DNA of 64,000 bases, taken from NCBI RefSeq assembly GCF_035594765.1, contig NC_085845.1:140074897-140138896 (forward strand), given 5' to 3'. Below are positions 49,647-63,256 of the stretch, in pieces; the first letter of the stretch is position 1; each line of letters opens with the position of its first letter. Both the position numbers and the translations under genes were made by a program. The notes below the pieces were generated by a model. That model made no database searches. It had not been told where the DNA came from and was given only the letters and a program-made list of their open reading frames with translations. Origin of the DNA: Anolis carolinensis (taxonomy: Eukaryota).

Positions 49647-50678
49647 TACTAAGGTGAACCTATCATGGGTCTTTCTGGGGCTGAGAGTATGTGATTCACC
49701 TGAGATCATCAAGTGGGTCTCCATCAGACCCTGATTTCCAGAATTGTAAGTCCAGTGTTCCTTTTCTTCAGGATATAAACAAATCAATCATTGTGTTTGT
49801 GTTTTATAGGACACACACACGCATGCATACACACATATGGACACACACAGGATCAGGCTGAAAGAAAGCTGTTTTAGGGATCAACTTTCTTTCTCTAGTA
49901 ACACCACTGCCCCTTCATCTACCAGAAGATGGAATCATTGCTCACCAAATAAAACCGAGTAAGATGTTCTTTAATCCCATGGATTTCAGTCAGATCAACA
50001 TTAGCATGCCTGAGTAACTTTCTTCCACATATCTTCATGATTTCTTAGGTAGATCTTGAGTAGTGATGTAGGATTGTTCTGATGCCCCTATGCTTTTTAT
50101 ATAAGAAAACTTTTATTAGCCCAACATCCAATTTGGTCCATTTAAGAGTCTTCATTCAGACTTCTAATCTTGAAGGCAGATAGATAAGCAGACTATGGGA
50201 AGTCACTTATTCATGAGACAATTTGTCTCATGAATAATTTTAAAATAAGAAATCTCTAATGTCAAATGAACTTTTTTCTGATGCTTCCAGCGCATCTTGC
50301 TGATGCCAGTTGGACAAAACTGGGGTAAATAAATTTAATTTGTCAGACAATGCAAATTTCCAGATGAAACTGTTGATGCGAATACAATATTGCCATCCTA
50401 AAACTAAAACTAAGTGGGGAAGAATATATGTCACTTGGGCTCTGTATTTTCTGCCCAATTGTTGTATGTTCTTCCTCAATAATGGATTTAATCTCTGAGA
50501 TTTTTCTTGGTTTTCCTTCTCTGAAACCTAAAGGCTGTAGAGCAGAGGCCTTTTTTGTGTAACCTTTTATTTTGATGTATGCGTTACTATTCCAAGTCAT
50601 CATTTTGAATTCTCTACTGAGATATTAAGGGATAAGAGAATGGTAATGTCTCAAAAAAGGGAAGAGGGTATTCTAAGC

Positions 50679-50901
50679 CAGTGTGGTCCAACCCGTGGCC
50701 CGTGGGCCGTATGCGGCCCAGCAATTCATTTTTGTTGGCCCTTGCCCTTCTTACTGGTCTTCTTAATAAATGCTTCATATTTTAATTATGTAATTCAATA
50801 TTAATTATGTAATTTGTTTTCTTTCTGGAATGTCTATGGCTCTCACATGCATATGCTAAAGTTTGATTGGTCCTTGGGTAACTAAAGGTTGGACTACACT
50901 G
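50679..50901. mobile_element. hAT-Charlie MITE
   Basis: cagtgtggtccaacc / ggttggactacactg; perfect 8-bp TSD ttctaagc. Confidence 0.92.
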
Positions 50902-52112
50902 TTCTAAGCAATTGTTCTCTTTGTTTTGGAAAGGGAAAACATTGGGTTGTTGTGTGTTTTCCAGGAAAACATTCTCATACATTTTCATAGAGAAATCTGG
51001 GATCTCTTTTGAGAAATGTATGGCTGACACCAATGAACAAATTTGAATCTGCATTATTTTAAGGGATTCCTTTTACTATGTTGATCCCCCACCCAATTCT
51101 TCTCTCTAACTTGTAGTAGTTTCCTGATGCTATACATAGGATCAAAGCCTGGAAAATTATGTTTTAAGAAGAATGCATATAAAGACATGTTGCTTATGGT
51201 CCAATAACTGAATAGTGGTTGGATGATGTTTCGAGGCTCAGAGCATCATCCTTACACTGTTCTTTATGGATGGCCTTGGCATGTTAAAACATTCCTTCTT
51301 CTTCAAAGGAAGAGAGAAACTAGGACATTTTAAAAGCAACCAAAAAGTGTGTCAGCAGAGAATTAACCAGGGTTGTCCTGCCTAGTTGGGACAGTTGGAG
51401 TGAATGATTTTCAGATAGGAAAAAGTGAACTTCACCTTGATTTGTCAAGTCAGTGGAATGAGTCTTGCTTTCTTTGTTAATGGATAAATTGAGAAACCGT
51501 TGAGTGGTGCCCTCAGTAGCAATAGTGATGAAGAATATTCTCTCTCAGTTTTGTAACTCATACTAAATGCTGATACAAAGATCAGGGAAGCCACTCCTAT
51601 GAATCAGTCCATAATTGGCAAAGGAGTAATTAATTTACATGCACATGTTCTCTCTATAATTAAACTTATAGTGCTTGCTTTGATACTGATTGGTTAACAT
51701 GCTGTTTCCAGTGCCAACTGAACAGAGATCATGACTCACAATTAAATCATTTTAATTCTATAGCAACTCTGTTACGCCATACCTAACTAAGGTTAAGCAA
51801 GTCATGGAGGTTTTGATGTGTTCTAAAATTAAATTAGTTTTTTTTTCAAAAGTGAGGCAGCAACAGTAGTAATCTTCCCCGAGGATAGTGCTGGCATGTT
51901 AAATGTTTCCAAATCTTGCAGCACATATACAGAGTATTTTTCTTCCATCTCTTTTACCTCTGCATGACAATCTTCAACACATTTTTAATTACCTAAACTG
52001 TGATCTGTAGTGTAAAAAGAAAAGTTAACATTGCACACCTTTCTCTGTGAAATAGCATCTGTTGCTAAAGAGATTGTGCTTCTTTGTCTTTCCAATATAG
52101 TAGAGAGATATA

Positions 52113-52496
52113 CTGTGTTTCCCCGAAAATAAGACAGTGTCTTATATTAATTTTTGCTCCCAAAGATGTGCTAGGTCTTATTTTCAGGGGATGTCTTATT
52201 TTTCCATGAAGAAGAATTCACATTTATTGTTGAACAAAAAATGAACATTTATTATATACTGTACAGTAGTTGTCATCACAAACCAACCTAACTAGATAAA
52301 CTCTGAATCCTATCAAGAATTTCATGTACAGCTGGTATGTACATTTACCAATCCTGCATGCTCTGGTGTTCTGTTTGGCGGGCATGCTTCCAAACAAAAA
52401 CTTTGCTAGGTCTTACTTTCAGGGGAGGCCTTATATTTAGCAATTGAGCAAAACTTCTACTAGGTCTTATTTTTCGGGGATGTCTTATTTTCAGGG
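52113..52496. mobile_element. Tc1/mariner-superfamily MITE, right TIR truncated
   Basis: ta|ctgtgtttccccgaaaataagac ... gtcttattttcaggg; internal ggtcttatttt repeats. Confidence 0.8.
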
Positions 52497-53974
52497 TACC
52501 TAAAGTATATCCTGAACTGAATATCTAATACATGTGTTGTGGCACATGGTTTTACCCATGTACCTCTTGTCTCATGGAATAATGTTTTGGGGAGTTTTTT
52601 TTAAAAAAAGAATTATTTTGAAAGAATAGTTAATTAATTTGAAAATGTAATTTACTACTACACGAAAACATACATATTCTGAAATGGATGTACTCACAAA
52701 GACTGAAGTGTGTTTCAGGAAACCATTATTTACATTTGAGGAAGCATGACAAATCCCTTCCACTTCTCCCAGTTGGCCACAGTGAAAGATATTTCTGTCC
52801 GTTTCAGGAAATGTTTATTCACCTTTTGGAATCAAAACAGATTCCTTCCAAATCAGTCAGCTAGGCTGAACAACATCTCCTCTGTTGCCAAATTGCTAAT
52901 CTCAAAAGAAAATCATAACATGAATTCAAAGTTGTCTAAATAACTCCAGGTGCCTAAATAGTTTAATTCATTTTAATCTTGTCAGTAATTTAATCCCATT
53001 ATCACACTCAGTTTTTGTAGATTTTAGCTGCATTTTTAAAAATTGTAAACCACATTGAGTCTCAATTTCTGGAAAAAAAAAAGTGATATATAAGCGAACT
53101 GATTCATAACTGAAAAATGAGAGATGATTATAAGAAAAGTGGAAGACTTTGTTGTTTTTACACAATCACTGCTGTTGTGTGGTAGGCTTCCAAGAATATT
53201 TATTAGATATTTGTATTGGGTGTGGAATCTCTGCATAAAAGAGTTGGCATAGTACATGTTAGTTGGGCAGCACTACATTCTTATAAGAACGTTTACTCTA
53301 GTTTCTTTTGGTATTAATTCCCACTCATTTCCCCAGAGAATAAGAAAATGCCTTCAGATGATGGAGTACTTTATTCTCCATTAGTTTAGAAGCCCAGTAG
53401 TATATTATAATTTACAATGTACAATGATAATAAAGTTATTCTGTTTTATTCATATGTTCTAAAACAGACATTGTGAGAAAGCCCTGACTTAAATTCAGTT
53501 TGAAGACTAACACTAAGACTAACCCTACCAGCAAAAATCTGTAGGTCAGACTAGATGAGACAATGATAATAATCTATCTTTAATAAGATTGCAGTTTCAT
53601 TCGCGTGCAAAGCAAAAGTTATAGGTGCTCTCACATGTGCACAACATCAACAGGAGCTCATCCTGTTGATGTTGGGCACCTTCAAGTAATTTCTGACTTA
53701 TGGCAAGTGTATGGCAAATCTATCAGAGTATGTTTTTGACATAATTTGTAGGCTTGCTCAAATAATTCGATTTCCCCGTTACCCGTTATTAATTCGTTAT
53801 TTTCGTTTGTTTTGAAGCAATATTGAAGCCTTGATTGTCCACACGTCTGGATATCCGGTTTCGAATCGCTAGAGGCAGTTTTTTCTTATTTCGTCGTTTT
53901 TTTCGTTAGGAAAAAAAAGCTTTTGCAAATCACCCAAACTCCCACCATTCAGGCCCTTTCCTTTTGCCCCTCAG

Positions 53975-54085
53975 CAAAAGGGGCGTCACGGGCTCAGCCA
54001 ATGGGAGGGGGCGAGGGGGAAGGAGGCCGAGGAGGAGGAGGAAGACGGAGGGGAAAAATGGCCGCCGCCGCCTCGCCTCAGCTCA
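53975..54085 (+). promoter_or_regulatory. CpG-island-type promoter cassette inside the hAT element
   Basis: CGTCA at 53984-88, AGCCAATGGG (CCAAT 53998-54002), GC box at about 54008-17, YY1-like AAAATGGCCGCC overlapping ATG-GCC-GCC-GCC. Confidence 0.5.
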
Positions 54086-54089
54086 GGCC

Positions 54090-54368
54090 TGATACTCAGA
54101 GGTTTCCACGTCTGTGCGAAGCTAGGCAAGTGGGGTTTATATATCTGTGGAAGGTCCAGGGTGGGAGAAAGAACTCTTGTCTGTGGGAGGCAAGTGTGAA
54201 TGTTGCAATTGGTCACCTTGATTAGCATTGAATAGCCTTGCAGCTTCAAAGCCTGGCTGCTTCCTACCTGGGGGAATCCTTTGTTGGGAGGTATTAGCTG
54301 GCCCTGATTGTTTCCTGTCTGGAATTCCCATTTTCTGGGTGTTGTTCTTTTACTGTCCTGATTTTAGC
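54090..54368 (-). mobile_element. Penelope-like element 3' UTR/pLTR fragment
   Basis: Minus strand ctaaaatcaggacagtaaa...gggaattccagacaggaaacaatcagggccagcta...gatatataaaccccacttgcctag recalls the Anolis Penelope consensus. Confidence 0.7.
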
Positions 54369-54490
54369 TTTTCTGTAGCTAAAAATGCATATAAAATTGA
54401 TTCTATAGGGAGGATAAATGATTGGATTTCAACTCCTACAGCTTGGCTTTCTCTGCCAATAATGGTACCCATCTTGGATATTGTAAGGGA

Positions 54491-54540
<50 letters not shown>

Positions 54541-54650
54541 GACCTTGCTCCCAGGAAGGTGCCTTCGCTGTGGCTCCCAACTTATCTATCTACCTTTCCA
54601 CATATTCTCCACATTGTGTGTATGTGTATGTATATTATATATATATACAT

Positions 54651-54979
54651 GAGCCCCGATGGCGAAGTGTGTTAAAGCACTGAGCTGCTGAACTTGCAGA
54701 CCGAAAGGTCCCAGGTTCAAATCCCGGGAGCAGAGTGAGTGCCCGCTGTTAGCTCCAGCTTCTGCCAACCTAGCAGCTTGAAAACATGCCAATGTGAGTA
54801 GATCAATAGGTACTGCTCTGGCGGGAAGGTAATGGCACTCCATGTAGTCATGCTGGCCACATGACCTTGGAGGTGTCTATGGACAACACTGGCTCTTGGG
54901 CTTAGAAATGGAGATGAGCACCAACCCCCAGAGTCAGACATGACTGAACTTAACGTCAAGGGATACCTTTACCTTTACC
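54651..54979 (+). mobile_element. Sauria SINE
   Basis: Full head, body and (ACCTTT)n tail, inserted in a TA/CA microsatellite. Confidence 0.95.
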
Positions 54980-56955
54980 TATACACACACACACACAAAC
55001 ACACACACACATATGCAGGGACTATATATATATATACACAGTATATATCACACACACACCAATTTAACAAAGTTTCAGCCACAAAAACAAAGTTTCTGAA
55101 GTAGAACAATGACTTTCACAGTAAAGACAACCCAATTTAACAGGAAATAAGACTTTCAAACCAGGAACAGATTTCTGCAATTATTAAAAAATGGTTTATT
55201 ATAAAAGCTATGAAAATTCGCCAAAAATCAGAGGATAAGGGAAACGTTCCAAATTTTGGTGAGCTATCAGTGTTAAATGTGTTCTACCACTGTACCAAGT
55301 TTGAAGAAGATCACTCAAAAAATGAGGGTGGGAAAGTCCTGTAAAGTCCTCTCCCTCTGTGCTGTTTTTGGAAATTGCGCATGCGCGTCCGCCATTAACG
55401 AATTAATTTAGAAAATAACGAATTTTCGTTAATTTCAAAAAATTTTGGGGGCAAAATTTGGAAATACCTTCAAAAACGAAATGCTGCCCCCCTCTACTTT
55501 TGCAACGAGTTTAGAATCAAATTTTTCGTGGATCGATCAAGCCTAATAATTTGTTCAGAAGGATTTATCTTTCTCTCAGACTGAGAGTGTGTGACTTGAC
55601 CAAGGTGATTCAGTTGGTTTTCACGGCCAAGCAGGGATTCAAGCCCTGGTTTCCCAGACTCCTGGTCCCATACTCAAACCATTACACATCGTTGGTTCTC
55701 AGTATGGAACCATACTGGATAAAAAGTCATTGAACCCAAGAGTGGTGGTGATAGGCAGTCCTTACTCTGGACAAACCTTTTGTGTTAAAATTAAATATAT
55801 CTTTTTTTTCTATGTCAGCAGGATAAGAAGATATATCAATATTCATATCTGTCATTAGTTTAGTCACATATTAATAGTAACCCCTGTCCCAATGAAGGTA
55901 TCCTTGCCTTTCTTGTCCGCAGTTGACAAGAAACCCGCAGTTGGCTGTGGGTTCTGTTGAGAAGCAGAAAGTGGACAAGGAAGTTCAGAAGATGATGGAC
56001 ACAGTGAAGCCACTGATGACACAACTGCAGCCACCTCTCAGGGTCTGGAATGCCTTGAAAAGACCTCTGAGATCAGGTTTAGCTGGCTATTCTTACTTTA
56101 AAAAAATGTGCAATGGGACCAAAGAGAAGGTTAACTAGCTGATGCTGCCTTTAGTACTGGCAGAATACAGAGTGAAAAATTAAGGAGCCATGGATGCCTT
56201 TTCACTCCCCAGTTGTGTAAGGTTTCCAAGACCTCCTTCTTCTACAGCAAATGTAGAAGAATTAGTAGCAGTTGTTAACTTCTGTTAATAAAACCTTTAC
56301 CCCAAATTTGAACTGTTCTATCAACAACTTTAATAGGAAAAATACAAGAACAAGTGGACTGGAACGTTGAGAATCCAAAAAAAGTATAAGACATCTTTAT
56401 ATGCTGCTCATATAAACATACAGAATTCTAAAGAAATCATTCTTTGGATTACAGTTACAATGTTCATTTTTAGAAAGCCGAATGCTACCACACCATAAGG
56501 TGAAAGGAAAATGAACAGTTTCTCATTTTTAAGTTTGAGTGGTTAAAAAACTCTTTTTCTCCCCCATCCCCTTTTTTGTTCTGTACAAATTAGACTACAG
56601 TCATCTTCTTAATTATTTTTATTCTGTCAAGTTAAATAGGCTATTTAAAGTATGTACTAAATATAGGGTAATAACTCTTATGCTTTTAAGTAATTATGGT
56701 ATTGCTCAACATATTTGTTCTAAGACCTACACAGCTGGCCTTTGTTAATTCAAAGAAGCATAGGCATTGTTCACTTTTAATTGGTCATTTCAGAGTATAC
56801 ATTTCACCAAACGTTGGTATGCTTTTTGGTAATCTGCTTTCTATAAATGCTTAAAACATTATCTGTTCAATGTGTTGAAGATAGGTAGAATATACTATTT
56901 TGTTCAGCATTCTCCCATCATTTATTCATTTTCAGCAGGCTGAATGTGTGAACTG

Positions 56956-57174
56956 CAGTTAGCCATCCATATCCACAGATTCTGCATCCATGAATTCCAC
57001 CATCTATGACTTGAAAATACTAAAAATTAAATTAAATTAATTAATAAGCAAACCTTGAATTTGCCATTTTATATAAGAGACACCATTGTTTATAACAGGA
57101 GTTGAGCATCTATGGATTTTGGTAACAACAGAGGATCCTAGAACCAAACCCCAGTGGATATCAAGGTCCCACTG
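56956..57174. mobile_element. Tigger/MER2-like MITE
   Basis: cagttagccatccatatccac ... gtggatatcaaggtcccactg|ta. Confidence 0.75.
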
Positions 57175-57367
57175 TATTATTTGGTCAGCACTGCAATCAG
57201 CGACTCAAGTCAGCTAAAGGAACAAAAGCACAAGAATATGTAGTAGGTTACATAAGGACCTTATGAATGAACTCAGTTAGCATTGACATGGATTGGATTA
57301 AGGCTTCTGATGGATGATTGGCATATATATTCGGTGTGGCACTGTGTTAAATTTTTTATATATTGTA

Positions 57368-57840
57368 CTAGCTGTGCCCGGCCACGCGTTGCTGTGGCAA
57401 AGTGGTGGTGGTATTGGTTAAAAATCGTTGTGTAATTTTTATTTGACGTTATTTGTATTTTTTAATTAATTTTATTGTAAATTATCTTTTTATTTATTAT
57501 ATTTTATTATTTTCTTGTATTATTTTTAGTTATTTTCTGTTATTATAGTATTTTATTGTATTAATTTTTAGTGTTTTTAATTATTTTTAGTGTTTTTTAT
57601 TATTTTTTATTGGGTTGCTAGGAGACCAAGTTGGAGGAGCTTAGCCTTCTAACTGGCAGCAATTGGATAAAAGCAATTATTCCTCTCTCTCTAATTAGGA
57701 CTTTATTTTTCTTTTATTTTTCTTGTATCAACCTAGAGCTGTGGATGATGGGTTGTGTTGTCAAATTTCGAGGTTGGGGGGCCTGTAGTTTTGTTGTTTT
57801 GTGGGTCACCGTGATGCCATCACTCTTTTATATATATAGA
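57368..57840 (-). mobile_element. Non-autonomous Helitron, longer relative of 12986-13160
   Basis: 5' TC, 3' CTAG, hairpin gccacagcaacgcgtggc, A|T target. Confidence 0.88.
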
Positions 57841-57992
57841 TTTTACTATGTTATTTAACTATTTTAACTGTTTTATTCTTATTTTATTGTATTATGATGT
57901 ACTGGTAGTGATCCTACCAGTTGTGTAAGCCGTCCTGAGTCCCCTCGGGGAAAAGGGTGGGGTAGAAATACTGGAAATAAATAAATAAATAG
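57841..57992 (+). mobile_element. L2-type 3' end with (TAAA)n tail
   Basis: tgtaagccgtcctgagtcccc...gggtggggtagaaat...aaataaataa. Confidence 0.75.
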
Positions 57993-60544
57993 ATTAAGGA
58001 TTCGCCTTGCATTGTGATGAATCCGTGGGTCCCAGCGGGGGCATGGAGAACTAGTCATTCAATGGCCCACATCACCTGCCTTACCTTGATCCCATTCCAT
58101 GGGGGTGGAGAGGAACATCACCACCCGGCTTCCCTCCATTGCTCCTAAGACAACATGGGAAATGTCCTGTGTCATTGTGGTGGCATTGTGTGCTGCTTCC
58201 TTTCCTCTTTCACCATGGAGCCCGGCTGGATGTTGATGTGTATTGAGGGCAGGGCTCCATGGAGAAAGAAGAGAAGAAGTGGCATACAATGGGTAAATCA
58301 GCCAGTCCTTTGAGGCCATAAGACCAAACAAAAAAGTAAGCAGAAACACGGTGTTAAGGATCTCAATGCAGTAGACAGCTCCCTATGCACCAGTGATTCC
58401 CACAAAAGCTGAAGGCTTACTGAGACTTTCAGAAAAAAAAACCTTTTAGATTTTCTCTCGTAGACTCCATCCCATCAGATGAGGAATTTGATCCCCATAA
58501 CCTTAAGATATCCCCCCTTGGCCTGAAGCTAACTGCTTCTCTTCTTTGTGACTTCTTGCTCTTGGGTAGGTGTTATGGAAGAAGTCTTCTGCTGAAGGAA
58601 AAATGAGTTAGAATAACCCCATCTTGTTGTGAATTTCAATCAATTCAATTGTGAATTTCAACCAACTCAACCTTGAGTCAGCAGAGGTGGAGTCTCGTGT
58701 CTATAGTGGACTGGAAATCAGCATGACTGTCATATTATTCCACCTGAGAGGCATTTCACCTTGTAATGTTAGGTCTCTCAAATATGCTTTCTATGTGGGC
58801 TTCAGAGTCCAAAAGATGTCTTCAGTTCCCCTCAAGGGAACAAATGCCAGTTTAACCACAGCGGGCTCCACTGCTCTAGGAGTTTTTTAAACTCATATGC
58901 TCTTAGATATTTCTTAACTGATTCAGAAGCGTCTTTCTTTTTTATGGAGGATATTCCCTGAAACAATTTCCAACCAATTATAAACACCAACAGGAATCCT
59001 GGTTTATCTTCATCTTTAATAACATGATAGTAAATTGATATATTCCTGCTTCTCATCCAAACTGAATTAATCAAACTTATCTTTCTCTTTGATTTCCACA
59101 ACATTTATTCATGATGCATTCTGCAAAAAAATTGCTCAAAGGGTTAAATTAAACATGAAATGGAATGCAAGATTTGGTGGAGCATAAAAACCCTCCCATT
59201 TAAATTATTTTAAAACGTCTTGTTATGGGATGAGCTGGAGAGTTCCTGCTTTATTTAATAATGTTAATTTTATTCTTAATGATAAAATATAATTCATTTA
59301 AAGTTAATTATTGAAATTAAGAGAAGACATGTCTTGCCATCTGTTTCAAAGAGAAATCAGAACAATTACTTTACTGTGTGCCTGAATATTATTTGAAGTT
59401 TTCCATTTAGATGAGAGTCTCATTATTTGGCTAGAGTCTTACAAAGTATCTGTAATAATGTTAATTGTACTGATTTTATAATTTTAAAAATCTGCTTTTT
59501 AAAATTCCTAGCAATGCAGCTGAACTTGAAGTATCTATAGACTGGTTACTGAAAGATATTTTCTAAAACCTTGTCAACTGAGCCCACTAACAGTGCATTT
59601 CCTAGCATAGGTTATAAAATATCACAGGCCTAAGCACATACTATAAAAATAACTGAAAAATATGTGCCTAGTCAAAGTAGGAAGGTTAGGGGGTCAATGA
59701 CCTTCTGCTCCTAATATAAAAACAAAGGCGGTATTCAGTAAAATTAAAAGCAATACTTAAAAACTTAAATGGACATTTAATGCTGTCACAAGACCTTGCT
59801 GAAAGCAATAAACAAGATATTGTGTGCTCATGGCATATGGGATAGAAGCAAAGAGAATAGGAGGCAAAATTTTCTCATAGCTAGCAGGGACTAACAACCT
59901 GATTCTGTCATTTCTTCAATTGGCAATGAACATCATAGAAGTGAGTACTATCTATGTGGATCTTAGACCTATAAAGGTCTGATGGCATTTTCTACCTTCC
60001 TGGTCAATCAGGCTTCTGATTTATGTTATTCTTGAAACAATAAAGTTTGTAATACTTATTGGCTCAAGTCAAAACTTACATTGCATTGAAATGAGTGGAG
60101 ATTTGTTTGGTTATGGTATCTTTTCCCATGGAATTACATTCACCATAACCTTCACCGTGGTGGACACTTCTTCTCTTACCCCCGTTCCTCTTCAAAATCA
60201 CATCCAAAGACAGCTATGGGGGATTTCCAAACCCTCTGGAGTAGGTTAGGGAGAGGGGAGAGGGGAGAGGAACACATATGGGAGGGAACAAAGTGGTTGA
60301 ATCATAGGTCATGGTAAAAATGATTTAATTCAAGGAATATTTCATGGGGGTGTAGGATTATCATGGGAGGCACCCATGGGACGGAATATTGCTAGTTTCA
60401 TTGATGGAAGCAGTCCCATCTATAAATGTACCCTGCCAGATCCTTCCCATTAATTTCATGGGGAACGATAGAAATGTGTCTTAATTAATATAGTCTGGAT
60501 CCAACCAATTGTAAAAGAATACTATAAAGAAAAATATCATAATG

Positions 60545-61280
60545 TCAGCAATGAGTAAATCTTTTCTTGTTTTCCATTTTATTATCTGATGAGTGGGAGG
60601 CATAGAGATGCTCGACAAGCCAAGAAGCTGCATTGTCTTGAATCATTCCCATCTGCTGCATGTATTGACCAATGGAGGAAGAAGGGACAGGATTTCTGCA
60701 TGTCTGTCACTTTCTGGTTGTAAGAAATCATTTTATCCAAGTAGGAACATGAACAATCAATAGATTTTTCTCTTTTGCTTAAGTGGAATCCAACACAGAA
60801 ATTGAGCTCAGGTCTATTTTTTGAATTGGTTTGTTCCAGTTTAATTTTTCTGCTGTTTGGACTATGTGAACTCACATAGTTAGGGATGTTGGTAAAAGTT
60901 TGAGAGGAGAGATCTTTCATCCACAACCCTCCAAACTTCATTATGTGTATAATGTTAACTTTTTTCAGTTCTCTCACCTTCCATTTTTGGCATGTGCTAC
61001 CCTTTCTTTCAAATACTGTACATATATTTGGGACAATCTTAGGTTGCTGACATGTCATTGATCAAATATGGCTTGAAATGTCATATCTAGGCAATATGCT
61101 CAGTTCACTGAAGATGTTTAGTTTGAGTAAATCTGGGAATACAATGATTTGGATCATAAGGGCAGTGCTTGAAGCAATAGAAAGAAAAAGCCACATAAAT
61201 ACAAACCACACAATTTGTAGGCCTAATTGATAAACTTTCAAGCAGTCAAATTTTGGACTTATTGACATTTTACTTGGATA
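60545..61280 (-). mobile_element. Ancient L1-like ORF2 3' remnant; more pieces possibly at 58400-59110 and 62430-63040
   Basis: Frameshifted RLSQIY...TCQKW...IIHI resembles the L1 C-terminal zinc-knuckle region; strong strand A-bias. Confidence 0.35.
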
Positions 61281-63103
61281 AATGAGTTAGTATTCATCAC
61301 AGGCATGGAAATGCAAATTATTTCAGAATGAGAAAGAAAATGTGTGAATAAGCCTTAAGTAATACCCCCAGGATCGGAAATCTGATTATTTTATTTCCTT
61401 AAAACTGTACAATTGTTGCTTGTTATGTGGATCTCGGGAACAATTCCTGATTATTTCACATTTTTGTCTGAAAGAAGAAAACATTGTGTTTGATGGGGGA
61501 GCATGTAACATTACAAGAAAGCCAATATTATGCAGTGGTTTGAAAACTAGAATAAGATTCTTGATTAGAATAATTCAAAAATCCCAACTCAGCCACAGAA
61601 ACTTCGCTAGCTGACCTCGGGCAAGTGATTTTCTCTCAAGCCAAGAGGAGGGCGATGGCAAACTCATCTGAATAAATGAACCCCTAGGAATTGATTTCCT
61701 GAGTTAGAATTGATTTGAAGACAACAACAAAAATGTTGTCATATATGTTTGTTTACACAGAATATTCACATGTGTTAGTATATATATGTTATTTATTAAT
61801 TCTGGTTTTATTTTATCTCTGATATAGTAGATATTTGAAACCCCAATTCTCTAATATGATGAAACAGCAAGATCATGAAGAAGGGATCTTCTTTTTTGCG
61901 TGTGTGTGTGTGAAGAAGCAGGTTCTCATCTCAGCAGTGATTTACAAATATGAGTTATATAAAAGGATTTTAATTGAAATCTCAATGGATTTTTGAGTCT
62001 TTCAATCAAACCCTAGCCTGTAAACTAGTGGAAGGTAGTAGCACACCGTTGAATTATTTTTGATCCTGAAAGTAAAGACTGGGGTGTAGCAACTGAATTA
62101 ATTCACTTGAAAATGACATTGATCTTTCTTTGATGACTACAATAGTTCATATAAAATTACCCTTTGTTCAAGCAAGTCTGAGTGCTTGGTGCAAGTATAT
62201 ACTGATGCCAACTTGTTATTGTTCTGGAAATGACTGGACTAGTCATACGGTGGCATTATTCCATGAGCGTTGCTGAGATATATATGTAAGGTGTGTGTAT
62301 GTGTTTGTGTGTCATTGTCTCTGCTGGATATCTGCACAAATGTGTTTAAAAGCAGGACTTCTTTGAGCACTTTATTTCTGTGTAGCAGGAGATAATTAAT
62401 GATTCAACCCCTTTTCTATAGTTTGTTGTTATCTTTCATAACTCTGCATGATCTAGGATATATTGTCTTGAAAGGTGGACATTTGTAAGAGAGGCAGCTG
62501 GGCTATTATTGAGACTTCTTGAACACTTAGATATACAATAGGAGAGAAGAAAAGAAACACTGCAAACCATTTTGGCAGAATTATTAGGAAACAATCCATT
62601 TGTCATCCAAGTAGAGCTTAGAATGCTGAGTTCCGCCACTAATCATTCATGACAAGCAGACACAAAAAAATAACAGCTGCGTTTTAGGGATAGAACACAA
62701 CTGTTACTAGGCATTTAAACCTATTTCACCCTGACAGAACATCCTCAAGATATATAACCCAAGTATTGTCCACTTTAGTTTGTTTTCCCCAAACCTTCTC
62801 TGCCATGTGTCATGACTCAGGTTTCTTCATTTGAAGGAAGTCTTGAAACAAACTTCTTGATTGTCCAAGAAAAGCTATAATTGTGTTGAGAGCAGACATA
62901 GTATGCCTACACTTCATTTCTCCCAAATGGGGTGATACTGGTGCCATCTCTTCTTGCCCACTTTCATGTGCTCAACATCATGGCAGGCTTGTCAATAATC
63001 ACAATGAAATGGTCACCTCAAACTACAGGTGCTTGGGAGACATTGAGTTTGAGAGATTGTTGGAGGTTAAAGGTCTTTGTGTACCTTGTGGCTCTGCACC
63101 TCC

Positions 63104-63256
63104 AAGGTTGGCTCTACACTGCTATATAATGCAATTTCAGAATGTGGATTAACTGCATTGAAACAGATTATATGGCAGTGTAGACTTATGTAAGCCGGTT
63201 CAATGTAGTTCATCAACATTCTGAAACTACATTATATGGCAGTGTAGATCCAACCT
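63104..63256. mobile_element. Palindromic Harbinger-like MITE
   Basis: ggttggctctacactgctatataatg / cattatatggcagtgtagatccaacc arms. Confidence 0.75.

Larger units (their letters stand above)
53749..55545. mobile_element. Non-autonomous hAT element (1797 bp) with captured or nested cargo
   Basis: TIR TAGGCTTG / CAAGCCTA; perfect 8-bp TSD ataatttg (53741-48, 55546-53); ttcgtt/aacgaa subterminal repeats; splits an older SINE. Confidence 0.92.

Noticed and set aside
53923-54225. Host gene beginning MAAAAS
   Set aside because: It lies inside hAT TIRs and runs into Penelope antisense sequence within about 10 codons; no splice donor or downstream exons were seen.
54228-54683. Poly-Ile or poly-Leu membrane-like ORFs (also 35337-35660 and 6904-7255)
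   Set aside because: These are translations of (ATT)n and (ATG)n microsatellites.
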